The notes under the pieces were generated by a model. It made no database searches and was not told the DNA's origin. It was given only the letters and a program-made list of their open reading frames with translations. From positions 1-31,433 of IMG/VR virus record IMGVR_UViG_3300010234_000045: DNA of 31,433 bases. One strand, written 5' to 3'. Of this stretch, positions 1 to 8,291 are shown one piece after another. Every line of letters begins with the position of its first letter. The first letter of the stretch is position 1. Both the position numbers and the translations under genes were made by a program. The DNA comes from a virus. Its lineage: Duplodnaviria; Caudoviricetes.

Positions 1-36
1 ACAGAAGATAAGACAGAAGATAAGACAGAAGAAAAG
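1..36 (+). repeat. 12-bp coding tandem repeat ACAGAAGA(T/A)AAG x3 (TEDK-TEDK-TEEK)
   Basis: Seen directly; it may extend beyond the window start. Confidence 0.85.
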
Positions 37-813
37 AAAGACGAATTAGAAGTTTACAGTAAAGATGTGCAAAGACGAATTGCCAAACTAACCAAAAAAT
101 GGAGAGAAGCAGAACGTCAAAAAGAAGAAGCTATTAATTATGCAAGAACCCAAAAGGAAACTGCAGAAAAATTAGGTAAAAAATATTCTTCTTTAGAAAC
201 TAACAGCTTAAAAGATAGAGAATCTAAATTAGCGGCTGCCTTAGAAGGTGCTAAAGCTAGACTGGCTCAGGCGCGAGAATCGAATGATGTTAATTTAGAA
301 GTAGATATCCAAAAAGATATTTCTCGTCTCGGTTACGAAGAAGCTAGGTTGTTAGAACAAAAAGCATATAAAGAGGAACAAGATACTATTATTCCTACTA
401 TGGATAATTTAGATATCCCTCAACAACCAAAAAGAAACGTACCCGATGAAAAAGCAGAAGGCTGGGCCGCTAAAAATAGATGGTTTGGTTCGGATAAAGC
501 AATGACGTATACTGCTTTTGATCTGCATAAGACCTTAACCGAAGAAGAAGGTTATGATCCTCAAAGTGACGAATATTATGTTGAAATTGATAAAAGAATA
601 AGACTTGAATTTCCCCATAAATTTGATACTAATGAGGAAACGGCAAAAACTAATACGACTAGGCCGACACAACAAGTAGCTTCAGCAAGGCGAAGTGTAA
701 ATTCTAGTCGCAAAACTGTCAGACTCACCCCTACTGAAGTTGTAATTGCTAAAAAATTAGGAGTGCCATTAGAAGAGTATGCGAAACAAAAAAAATACAT
801 GAAGGAGGTATAG
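1..813 (+). CDS. Putative capsid scaffolding protein (5'-truncated; frame open from base 1)
   Basis: Frame 1 is open upstream of the GTG at 67 (TEDKTEDKTEEKKDELEVYSKDVQRR). The protein is charged and coiled-coil-like, ends in a short helical tail (VRLTPTEVVIAKKLGVPLEEYAKQ) and lies upstream of the capsid genes. Confidence 0.65.
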   Translation, partial: TEDKTEDKTEEKKDELEVYSKDVQRRIAKLTKKWREAERQKEEAINYARTQKETAEKLGKKYSSLETNSLKDRESKLAAALEGAKARLAQARESNDVNLEVDIQKDISRLGYEEARLLEQKAYKEEQDTIIPTMDNLDIPQQPKRNVPDEKAEGWAAKNRWFGSDKAMTYTAFDLHKTLTEEEGYDPQSDEYYVEIDKRIRLEFPHKFDTNEETAKTNTTRPTQQVASARRSVNSSRKTVRLTPTEVVIAKKLGVPLEEYAKQKKYMKEV

Positions 814-817
814 GCAT

Positions 818-1276
818 ATGGAAAACGATAAAATGAAGACCCCTCGTGCGAGCCAAAGCAGAGATTCTGAAAAGAAACCTGTAACTTGGACTCCACCATC
901 AAGTTTAGATGCACCCGCGCCAAAGGACGGATTTGTCCATCGTTGGTTGAGAACTGAAATCTTAGGAAACGACGATACGAAAAATATCTCGAGCAAACTA
1001 AGATCAGGTTGGGAATTGGTGAGAGCCGATGACTATCCAGAAGGATCTTATTCCACGGTTAAAGAAGGAAAATACGCAGGTGTTATTGGACATGGTGGCC
1101 TAGTGCTGGCTAGGATACCCAAAGAGGTTGCAGATGCACGTACGAAATATTACGCGCAACAAACGCAAGACAGAGAAGAAGCTGTCAACAACGATCTCCT
1201 GAAGGAACAGCACCCAAGTATGCCTTTCAATAGTGAGAGGCAGAGTCGTGTAACTTTTGGTGGTTCTAAAAAGTAA
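818..1276 (+). CDS. Phage hypothetical protein of the head module
   Basis: 152 aa ORF with GGAGG upstream (804-808), located between the scaffold-like and capsid genes. Confidence 0.8.
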   Translation: MENDKMKTPRASQSRDSEKKPVTWTPPSSLDAPAPKDGFVHRWLRTEILGNDDTKNISSKLRSGWELVRADDYPEGSYSTVKEGKYAGVIGHGGLVLARIPKEVADARTKYYAQQTQDREEAVNNDLLKEQHPSMPFNSERQSRVTFGGSKK

Positions 1277-1332
1277 TTTTTTAGTAATTCCAAAAAGAAC
1301 GCGGTATTATTAAACTTAAACAAGGAAAAAAA

Positions 1333-1920
1333 ATGGCAAATAAAGACGCAGCGTTCGGTTTTAGACCGATCGGAAAAGTGGGTCAGAATGCTGACAACCA
1401 AGGTTTAAGTGAATATAATATTGCTGCAAGTTCAGATGCAATTTATCAAAATGACCCAGTGCAGTTCGCTGCTACTGGTTACATTGCGGTAGCTGCAACT
1501 ACATCTGCGGTTCTATTAGGATCACTTAATGGTGTTCAGTACACTGATGCTTCTAACCAAAAACCAAGATGGGCAAATAATCTAGCAGCTGGTAATACAG
1601 CTACTGATATCGTTGGATTCGTATCCGATGACCCATATGAAAGATTTGAAGTTCAAGCGGACGGAACTTTAGCAATAGCGGATATCGGATTAAACACTGA
1701 TATCGTTTATGCTGCAGGTACTTCCCCAAACTTTGTATCTAAAGTAGAAATCGACTCGGATACGAGTAACGTTACTACAGCTAGCAAACAATTCAGAATT
1801 TTAGGTGTTGCAAAAGACATCGAAAACAGTGAATTGTCTAATGTTACGACATATGCAGCTAATGTAAACGTTGTTGGTATTATCAACGAGCATTTCTTAA
1901 AATCAACAACAGGCATATAA
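1333..1920 (+). CDS. Putative capsid decoration/cement protein
   Basis: 195 aa, Ala/Thr/Gly/Val-rich and beta-like, with an AAGGA SD, immediately upstream of the MCP. Function inferred from position. Confidence 0.55.
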   Translation: MANKDAAFGFRPIGKVGQNADNQGLSEYNIAASSDAIYQNDPVQFAATGYIAVAATTSAVLLGSLNGVQYTDASNQKPRWANNLAAGNTATDIVGFVSDDPYERFEVQADGTLAIADIGLNTDIVYAAGTSPNFVSKVEIDSDTSNVTTASKQFRILGVAKDIENSELSNVTTYAANVNVVGIINEHFLKSTTGI

Positions 1921-1934
1921 TAGGAGAATAAATT

Positions 1935-2849
1935 ATGGCTATATCAAGAGGACAACTAGTTAAAGAACTAGAGCCAGGATTGAATGCACTATTCGGCCTG
2001 GAATACAAAAGGTATGAAAATCAGCACGTAGAGATTTTCGACGGCGGTATTGAAACTTCTGACAGAGCTTTCGAAGAGGAAGTAATGTTATCAGGTTTCG
2101 CAAATGCACAAGTAAAACCGGAAGGTTCAGGTGTGACATTTGACAACGCTCAAGAAACATTTACTGCTAGATATACGCACGAGACTGTTGCTTTAGCGTT
2201 CGCAATCACTGAAGAAGCGATTGAGGACAATTTGTATGATAGATTAGCGTCTAGATATACAAAAGCTTTAGCAAGATCTATGGCGAATACCAAACAAGTA
2301 AAAGCAGCAGCTGTATTAAACAATGCGTTTAGTACTAGTTATGCTGGTGGAGATGGAAAACCCCTTTTAGCGGCAGACCATCCTACTATTGCTGGAACTT
2401 TCAGCAATACATTAGCAACTCAAGCGGACTTAAACGAAACTTCATTAGAACAATCATTGATTGATATCAGTGCATTTACTGATGAAAGAGGTTTAAAAGT
2501 TGCGGCTAGAGGAGTCAAAATGATCATTCCAAGTGAATTACAATTTACTGCGGAAAGATTAATGAAGTCTTCTCAAAGAGTTGGCACTGCAGACAATGAT
2601 ATCAACGCAATTGCGTCTATGGGAATGGTTCCACAAGGTTACTCTGTGAACAATTTCTTAACAGACCCTGATGCGTATTTTATCAAAACTGATGTACCAA
2701 ATGGTATGAAGATGTTTGTAAGAGCAGCAATCAAAACAGCTATGGAAGGTGACTTCGATACTGGGAATGTTAGATACAAAGCGAGAGAGAGATACTCTTT
2801 CGGTTGGTCTGACCCTAGAGGAATGTTCGGTTCTTCCGGCGCAGCTTAA
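1935..2849 (+). CDS. Major capsid protein (HK97 fold, Mu gpT-like)
   Basis: The N-terminus MAISRGQLVKELEPGLNALFGLEY and C-terminus GDFDTGNVRYKARERYSFGWSDPRG are characteristic of this MCP family. Strong AGGAG SD; followed by a terminator. Confidence 0.9.
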   Translation: MAISRGQLVKELEPGLNALFGLEYKRYENQHVEIFDGGIETSDRAFEEEVMLSGFANAQVKPEGSGVTFDNAQETFTARYTHETVALAFAITEEAIEDNLYDRLASRYTKALARSMANTKQVKAAAVLNNAFSTSYAGGDGKPLLAADHPTIAGTFSNTLATQADLNETSLEQSLIDISAFTDERGLKVAARGVKMIIPSELQFTAERLMKSSQRVGTADNDINAIASMGMVPQGYSVNNFLTDPDAYFIKTDVPNGMKMFVRAAIKTAMEGDFDTGNVRYKARERYSFGWSDPRGMFGSSGAA

Positions 2850-2875
2850 TACTTGATTTTAAAGTATTAATTATT

Positions 2876-2908
2876 AGAGAGGCCCCTTTACTGGGGCCTT
2901 TCTTTTTG
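2876..2908 (+). terminator. Rho-independent terminator after the MCP
   Basis: Stem AGAGAGGCCCC / GGGGCCTTTCT (one G-U pair), 6-nt loop, then a T run. Confidence 0.85.
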
Positions 2909-2924
2909 ATAGAAAGGACGAACC

Positions 2925-3161
2925 ATGATCAAACAATTTTTAGTTAAAATAAGTGCATACGGATATAAAGCAGAAACCACTATAGAAGCATTAGATACAG
3001 CGGATAGCGTTGAAAATGCTATCCTTGACAAAATAGGAAAAAAAGATATAAAGTTCACTCCTAATGGTAGTTCTAAAAAGAATTGTCATTTAACCTACGA
3101 GGAGATTGTACATGGAACACAATCAGATCAAGGATCTTTACCAAACCAAAAGATCGCTTGA
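2925..3161 (+). CDS. Small hypothetical protein
   Basis: 78 aa ORF with an AAGGA SD; its 3' end overlaps the next gene. Confidence 0.7.
   Translation: MIKQFLVKISAYGYKAETTIEALDTADSVENAILDKIGKKDIKFTPNGSSKKNCHLTYEEIVHGTQSDQGSLPNQKIA
3025..3054 (+). promoter_or_regulatory. Candidate intragenic sigma70-type promoter
   Basis: Perfect TTGACA (3025-3030), with TATAAA at 16-nt spacing or TAAAGT at 18-nt spacing. Confidence 0.45.
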
Positions 3162-3333
3162 ACTAAAGTGGGAGCAAGACCATATTAAAGAAGGTAGATA
3201 TACCTTGAATATGGTTAGGATTGATGAAGAGATTAAAAAAGTTATCAGTCAAATTAAAGACACTGAAACTAAAGAAATCTTACATCAAGTTAAAATAGAG
3301 TCCGTTGCTCCTGAGTTTTCTATAGCTGGCTAG
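3112..3333 (+). CDS. Small hypothetical coiled-coil protein
   Basis: The ATG at 3112 is preceded by GAGGAG (3099-3104) and is preferred over the TTG at 3106. Confidence 0.7.
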   Translation: MEHNQIKDLYQTKRSLELKWEQDHIKEGRYTLNMVRIDEEIKKVISQIKDTETKEILHQVKIESVAPEFSIAG

Positions 3334-3382
3334 TTAGTCAAGCTATTATCGCTGGAAAAAGCGTTTTTCCCATAAGGACATC

Positions 3383-3411
3383 TTGCACTTTATTCAAAAA
3401 TTCTATATAGT
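3383..3411 (+). promoter_or_regulatory. Sigma70-type promoter
   Basis: TTGCAC-17nt-TATAGT in an intergenic gap; predicted +1 near 3418. Confidence 0.7.
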
Positions 3412-3417
3412 TTGCTT

Positions 3418-3492
3418 ACTATACATAAAAAAAACTTTTACATAGACGCGGTATAGTCGACGGCCTAGAGACTATGTAAAAATAACTAGGAG
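3418..3492 (+). ncRNA. Candidate structured cis-regulatory leader RNA (double pseudoknot)
   Basis: 10-bp stem 3436-3445/3472-3481. Loop segment GTATAGT (3451-3457) is complementary to ACTATAC (3418-3424), and loop segment CCTAG (3464-3468) is complementary to CTAGG (3486-3490), which overlaps the SD AGGAG. Confidence 0.6.
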
Positions 3493-3501
3493 AATAATAC
3501 T

Positions 3502-4038
3502 ATGGCAAATACAACTTTTTCAGGACCGGTCATTTCTAAAAATGGCTTTATAACTACAGGCCCTGGAATAACAAAAGCAATTAATTCTACAGGCTTAGGT
3601 GCTCAAGGATTAAATTTAACAGTTAATGCTCACGCTGGAAGAATTTTACTTTCACAGGATGCAGATGGTATTTATACTTTACCGAGTATTAATACTAATG
3701 CTAATGGAGCAACGGCAGGTGAAACTGACTACAATAACCTAAATAACATTGGTGCTACATTTATGTTTTACATAGATACACTAGCAACTGATGTTCAAAT
3801 TCAAACAGATGGTGTGGATAAATTCACAGGCGCAGCTATGATTGCAGTGGATGATGGAGCTAAAAAAGCTTTCTTTCCTGCAGCAGCAAATGATGTTCTT
3901 TCTATGAATGGAACAACAACTGGTGGAATTGTAGGTTCAGTAATTACAGTTACTGCTTTAGAAGCAGCTCAATACTTGGTACACAATACTTTGATCTTAG
4001 GATCAGGAAGTATTGTTACACCATTTAGCGATTCGTAA
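3502..4038 (+). CDS. Putative minor virion/head-associated protein (MANTTFSGPV N-terminus)
   Basis: 178 aa, Gly/Thr/Ala-rich, AGGAG SD, inside the structural module. Confidence 0.6.
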   Translation: MANTTFSGPVISKNGFITTGPGITKAINSTGLGAQGLNLTVNAHAGRILLSQDADGIYTLPSINTNANGATAGETDYNNLNNIGATFMFYIDTLATDVQIQTDGVDKFTGAAMIAVDDGAKKAFFPAAANDVLSMNGTTTGGIVGSVITVTALEAAQYLVHNTLILGSGSIVTPFSDS

Positions 4039-4048
4039 TAACTAATTA

Positions 4049-4070
4049 GTGTGGGGCTTCGGCCCCACAT
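4049..4070 (+). other. Stable GC-rich hairpin with cUUCGg tetraloop (no U-tract)
   Basis: GTGTGGGGC-TTCG-GCCCCACAT followed by AAAAATTTT and then the SD of the next gene. Confidence 0.8.
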
Positions 4071-4092
4071 AAAAATTTTAAGGAGAATATAA

Positions 4093-4410
4093 ATGGGTTC
4101 ATATAAAGCAGACATACAAGCAACAAGAATTGCAGGAGCAACTGCCAGTGTAGTTGTAGCACCACCAGTTCGACTAAGAGGAATTATTGTTGCAGGTTTA
4201 GCAACGTCAGGTACTGTTATTTTAAAAACTACTAGTGCAACTGGAGACACATTATTCCAAGCGGATGTCCCTGCAGGAGATATTATTAATTTTTCATTTC
4301 CTGAAGATGGAATTTTATTTCCAAAAGGAATTTATGTTTCTACTTTTACAGTAGCTGCAGTTACTTTACTAACAGACAAATATTCAGGCCCCGGTTTAAC
4401 AGCAGGGTAG
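4093..4410 (+). CDS. Hypothetical structural-module protein
   Basis: 105 aa, beta-rich, AAGGAG SD. Confidence 0.75.
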   Translation: MGSYKADIQATRIAGATASVVVAPPVRLRGIIVAGLATSGTVILKTTSATGDTLFQADVPAGDIINFSFPEDGILFPKGIYVSTFTVAAVTLLTDKYSGPGLTAG

Positions 4411-4418
4411 GAGGCTAA

Positions 4419-5147
4419 ATGGCTAACACTACTTCTGGAACTTACGTTTTTGAAAAGAATTTTTCTATTGATGAAATCATAGAAGAGTCATACGAACGAA
4501 TAGGCTATACGCTTGCTTCGGGTTATGATTTAGTTTCAGCAAGAAGATCGTTAAATATTTTATTTCAAGAATGGGGAAATAGAGGACTTCATTATTGGGA
4601 AGTAGGAAATAATTCTATTACTTTAGTAGATGGTCAATCGGAATATACGATGTATCGTTCTACAGGAGATGGTACTTCTGATGCTACTGCTATTTATGGA
4701 GTAGATGATATTTTAGAAGCAGTATATAGAAATAGTTCAGGAGTTGATTTTTCTTTAACTAAAATTGGCAGATCTACGTATCAAGGTCTTTCTTCTAAAA
4801 CTCAACAAGGAACTCCTACACAATATTTTGTACAACGTTTTATTGATAAAGTAACCATCACTTTATATTTAACTCCTGGAAGTACAGAAGCAGGAAATTT
4901 TATTAATTACTATTACGTAAAAAGAATTCAAGATTCAGGAGCCTATACTAATGCAACCGATGTTCCATATCGATTTGTTCCATGTATGTGCGCAGGATTA
5001 GCTTTTTATTTATCTATTAAAAAAGCACCTGCAAGAACTCAAGAATTAAAATTATTGTATGAAGATGAATTACAAAGAGCGTTAGAAGAAGACGGATCTT
5101 CTTCTAGTACTTTTATAACCCCTAAAACTTATTATCCAAATGTCTAA
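4419..5147 (+). CDS. Putative head-tail adaptor/connector protein
   Basis: 242 aa with a GGAGG SD. Helical N-terminus (ARRSLNILFQEWGNRG), beta middle and helical C-terminus (VPYRFVPCMCAGLAFYLS), as in podovirus adaptors. Confidence 0.6.
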   Translation: MANTTSGTYVFEKNFSIDEIIEESYERIGYTLASGYDLVSARRSLNILFQEWGNRGLHYWEVGNNSITLVDGQSEYTMYRSTGDGTSDATAIYGVDDILEAVYRNSSGVDFSLTKIGRSTYQGLSSKTQQGTPTQYFVQRFIDKVTITLYLTPGSTEAGNFINYYYVKRIQDSGAYTNATDVPYRFVPCMCAGLAFYLSIKKAPARTQELKLLYEDELQRALEEDGSSSSTFITPKTYYPNV

Positions 5148-6000
5148 TTTATCAAGAGGAAGATTTGCACAATTTATTTCAGACCGAAGTGGAATGGCAT
5201 TTCCTTATAAAGAAATGGTAGTAGAATGGAATGGTGCTAGAGTTCATACTTCTGAGTTTGAACCAAAACAACCTCAATTAGAACCAAAACCAACGGTTGC
5301 AGATCCACAAGGATTACAATTTGCAAGACCTGCAAGATTAGAACCACCTACTGCAGATTTTTTAGAAATAAATCCTTTTAGTACACCAAATCTTCTTACT
5401 GTCGGTGCAACTTTTCAAGTATCTCAACCTAATAGCAGAATATTAGTTGGGGATTTTGTAAGATTAATGAGTATACCCCAACCTTTGTCATCAACAGGAT
5501 CTGCAAGTGTAATTTCTATTAAAGAACTAGAAATGACTACAACTTTATCGGCAAACATAACTGCTACAGATACTTCGATGGTAGTAACTGATGCAACTTC
5601 ATTTTACACTAACGGTGGATACCTAATGATTGAAAAAATTAATTCTACAACTGGACTATATGAAAATGAAGTCATACAATATGCAGCTTATAATTCTGGA
5701 ACAAAAACTTTATCAGGTTTAACTAGAGGAACTAACTCACCTTTTAGAGGTGAGACTTTTGCAAACACTACTGCCAGTGCTCATTCCGCTGGAGCAAATG
5801 TTTTTGGAGCAAGAGAAGTTTATTCTTTAAATACTACAACCTCTCCAAGCGGAGGTCAGCCCCCAACAGTTACTAATCAAAATGGCTATTATTTAAAAGA
5901 CAATGATGAAGGTTTCTCATGGGTTGCTAACTTTACAGGTGGAGGAAATGGTTGCCTTGCAGGTCCATTAAATGTTAATGTAACGGACGGAAGATCTTAA
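5140..6000 (+). CDS. Putative tail-associated protein
   Basis: 286 aa. Contains a TTLSANITATDTS...EVIQY...LSGLTRG...TTASAHSAGA module of a kind seen in phage tail proteins; overlaps both neighbours. Confidence 0.55.
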   Translation: MSNLSRGRFAQFISDRSGMAFPYKEMVVEWNGARVHTSEFEPKQPQLEPKPTVADPQGLQFARPARLEPPTADFLEINPFSTPNLLTVGATFQVSQPNSRILVGDFVRLMSIPQPLSSTGSASVISIKELEMTTTLSANITATDTSMVVTDATSFYTNGGYLMIEKINSTTGLYENEVIQYAAYNSGTKTLSGLTRGTNSPFRGETFANTTASAHSAGANVFGAREVYSLNTTTSPSGGQPPTVTNQNGYYLKDNDEGFSWVANFTGGGNGCLAGPLNVNVTDGRS

Positions 6001-6665
6001 TGACATATGCAGAATTAGTACAAAAAATCAGAGATTATTGTGAAGTAGATTCTAATGTATTTACCTCTACGATTGTAGATGGTTTTCTATTAGATGCAGA
6101 ATTTAGAATTTTAAGAGATGTAGATTCAGATAACAATAGACAATACGCGCAAGCAGATATTGTAGCAGGTCAAAGATATGTAAATACACCTCTTATAAAT
6201 GATCAAACATTAGTTATTCGATCTGCTCAAATCACTAATTCTACCGGTGGAGCAGATAACTCTAGCCGCTCGTTTCTAGAATACAGAGATACCAGCTTCA
6301 TGTCGGAGTATGACCCTACCGGAGTTCAAGGATTACCTAAATACTACTCTTATTGGGATGAAAACACGATTGTAGTAGCTCCTACTCCAGACATAAATTA
6401 TAACATGCAGATAAATTATATCTTGAAACCAGATGGATTATCGAGTACTAATACCACTACATATTTAAGTACCGAATTTCCCAACGGCTTAACATATGCA
6501 TGTTTAGTAGAAGCTTTTGGATTTTTAAAAGGTCCAGCGGATATGATCCAGTATTACGAAGGAAAATATAAGCAGGCTCTCGAAGGATTTACAGTTGAAC
6601 AAATGGGAAGACGAAGAAGAGATGAATACGATAGTGGTTCACCTCGACTTCCAAAACAACAATAA
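6000..6665 (+). CDS. Putative second adaptor / tail tubular protein A-like
   Basis: 221 aa, coupled by TAATG. MTYAELVQKIRDY start, GLPKYY...VAPTPD motif and helical C-terminus. Confidence 0.6.
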   Translation: MTYAELVQKIRDYCEVDSNVFTSTIVDGFLLDAEFRILRDVDSDNNRQYAQADIVAGQRYVNTPLINDQTLVIRSAQITNSTGGADNSSRSFLEYRDTSFMSEYDPTGVQGLPKYYSYWDENTIVVAPTPDINYNMQINYILKPDGLSSTNTTTYLSTEFPNGLTYACLVEAFGFLKGPADMIQYYEGKYKQALEGFTVEQMGRRRRDEYDSGSPRLPKQQ

Positions 6666-6675
6666 GGAGTAAACT

Positions 6676-7128
6676 ATGGCTATAACACAAGCGATTGCGA
6701 ACAGTTTTAAACAAGAACTACTAGAAGGGGAACATACGTTTCAATTTACTGGTGGTGATACTTTTAAACTTGCTCTGTATACTTCTGCGGCAACGTTAAA
6801 TTCTACTACTACAGTTTATCCAGGAGATAGTACAGGGGACCAAGTTCCTGATTCTGGACAATATACTCAAGGTGGTGGAACCTTAGTAAAACCAAATCCA
6901 AGTACTTCAGTCTCATCCGGTGTTGCGATTGTTGATTTTGCAGATTTATCTTTTACAGGTGTAACGTTAACAGCTAGAGGTGCTTTAATTTATAATACTT
7001 CATCGTCTGATAAGGCGGTGGCAGTTTTAGATTTTGGCGCAGACAAAACCGCAACTTCAGGAACTTTTACCATTCAGTTCCCAGCTTTTACAACCTCCGC
7101 TGCGATCTTAAGAATCGGCGACGCATAG
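6676..7128 (+). CDS. Putative tail structural protein
   Basis: 150 aa with FKLALYTS and ARGALIYN...AVAVLDFG motifs; AAGGAG SD. Confidence 0.6.
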   Translation: MAITQAIANSFKQELLEGEHTFQFTGGDTFKLALYTSAATLNSTTTVYPGDSTGDQVPDSGQYTQGGGTLVKPNPSTSVSSGVAIVDFADLSFTGVTLTARGALIYNTSSSDKAVAVLDFGADKTATSGTFTIQFPAFTTSAAILRIGDA

Positions 7129-7140
7129 GAGTAACCTCCT

Positions 7141-8256
7141 ATGGCCAATACTTGGGGATCCCTAGCGTGGAGCGTAGGTAACTTTGGTGAACAAAGTAAC
7201 GCCACAGTTGCGCTTACAGGTATCGGTTTAGAAGTTTCTCAAGGAAATGAAAGCATTACAGCTACCGTTGATTTTGGATGGTCTAATAATGCGTGGGGTG
7301 AAGTCTCTTGGAATACTAATGAAATTGATGCTGTAGCATTTCCTACAGGAATACAATTAAATACTACATTAGGTGATGAAACTGTTGCAGGAGAAATTAA
7401 TACAGGTTGGGGCAGATCACCTTGGGGAGAATTTGGTTGGGGTATAGCAGGAAGTGTTCTTACTACCGGTCAACAATTAGATTTAAATTTAAATTCAGTT
7501 ACCACAACTGCTGATGCAGTTATTATTCCAACAGGGTCTCAATTAAATTTTGAAGGTTTAGGAACTGTTACATTTGATATTGGTGCAACTATTGAATTAA
7601 CAGGTCAACAACTAGAATTAGATTTAGGTGAAGAAAATGTTACAGCTAACGCTGATGTAATACCAACTGGAATTGAATTAACTTCTGCTGTAGGAGATGT
7701 TGAATCTTATAACGAAATAGGTTGGGGCCGAGATGGTTGGGGAGAAGAAGCATGGGGTGGTTCAGGAATCTGGGTCACTGTTTCTTTAACCGGTATTGGT
7801 TTAGAAATCGCTCAAGGAGATGAAACCTCACAAGCAAATGCTAATGTTGATGCAACTGCTTTAGCATTAGAAATCGCTGAAGGAACTGTGGATCCTTCTC
7901 CAGATGCTACAGTCGTTGGTATTGGTTTATCTGCAAGTGTCGCTGTAGGATCGGTGGTTGGAGCAGATGCTAACGTTGCTATTACTGGTATAGGTTTAGA
8001 AATAGCTCAAGGTCAAGCAGAATTAGATGCAAATACTATTGCAGATATCACAGGAATAGGTTTAGAAAACGCTATAGGAACAGTGTTTGCAGGTGGATCT
8101 ACCGATGTATCTGTAACAGGTTTAGATTTAACTTTAGCCCTTGGAAATGAGGTATCTCAAGTGTGGACTATTGTTGACACAGGCACCTCTGTAGCATATA
8201 CTGAAGTTTCTACCGGATCTAATGTCACTTGGAATAATATTGACACGGCCGCATAA
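7141..8256 (+). CDS. Repetitive acidic tail fibre-like protein
   Basis: 371 aa with recurring TGIxLxxxxG units and Trp-Gly clusters; AGGAG SD. Confidence 0.6.
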   Translation: MANTWGSLAWSVGNFGEQSNATVALTGIGLEVSQGNESITATVDFGWSNNAWGEVSWNTNEIDAVAFPTGIQLNTTLGDETVAGEINTGWGRSPWGEFGWGIAGSVLTTGQQLDLNLNSVTTTADAVIIPTGSQLNFEGLGTVTFDIGATIELTGQQLELDLGEENVTANADVIPTGIELTSAVGDVESYNEIGWGRDGWGEEAWGGSGIWVTVSLTGIGLEIAQGDETSQANANVDATALALEIAEGTVDPSPDATVVGIGLSASVAVGSVVGADANVAITGIGLEIAQGQAELDANTIADITGIGLENAIGTVFAGGSTDVSVTGLDLTLALGNEVSQVWTIVDTGTSVAYTEVSTGSNVTWNNIDTAA

Positions 8257-8267
8257 ATAACTATAAA
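8240..8267 (+). promoter_or_regulatory. Candidate sigma70-type promoter overlapping a gene end
   Basis: TTGACA (8240-8245)-16nt-TATAAA (8262-8267). Confidence 0.45.
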
Positions 8268-8291
8268 TATTTAAAATAAGGATTAAAAATT

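Noticed and set aside
1-36. TEDK tandem repeat as a contingency locus
   Set aside because: In-frame 12-bp unit in a low-complexity acidic region; copy-number change would not shift the frame.
3418-3492. Assignment of the leader to a known class (hammerhead, tRNA, SAM-II/SAM-V, preQ1)
   Set aside because: No CUGAnGA/GAAA core, no cloverleaf, and no confident match to those riboswitch consensus sequences by eye; left unassigned.
4049-4075. Hairpin as a canonical intrinsic terminator
   Set aside because: No U-tract follows the stem on either strand; kept only as a stability hairpin.
8262-8269. TATAAATA, matching the T4 late promoter consensus
   Set aside because: Gene content is not T4-like, the octamer is expected by chance in AT-rich DNA, and a sigma70 reading with the upstream TTGACA is simpler.
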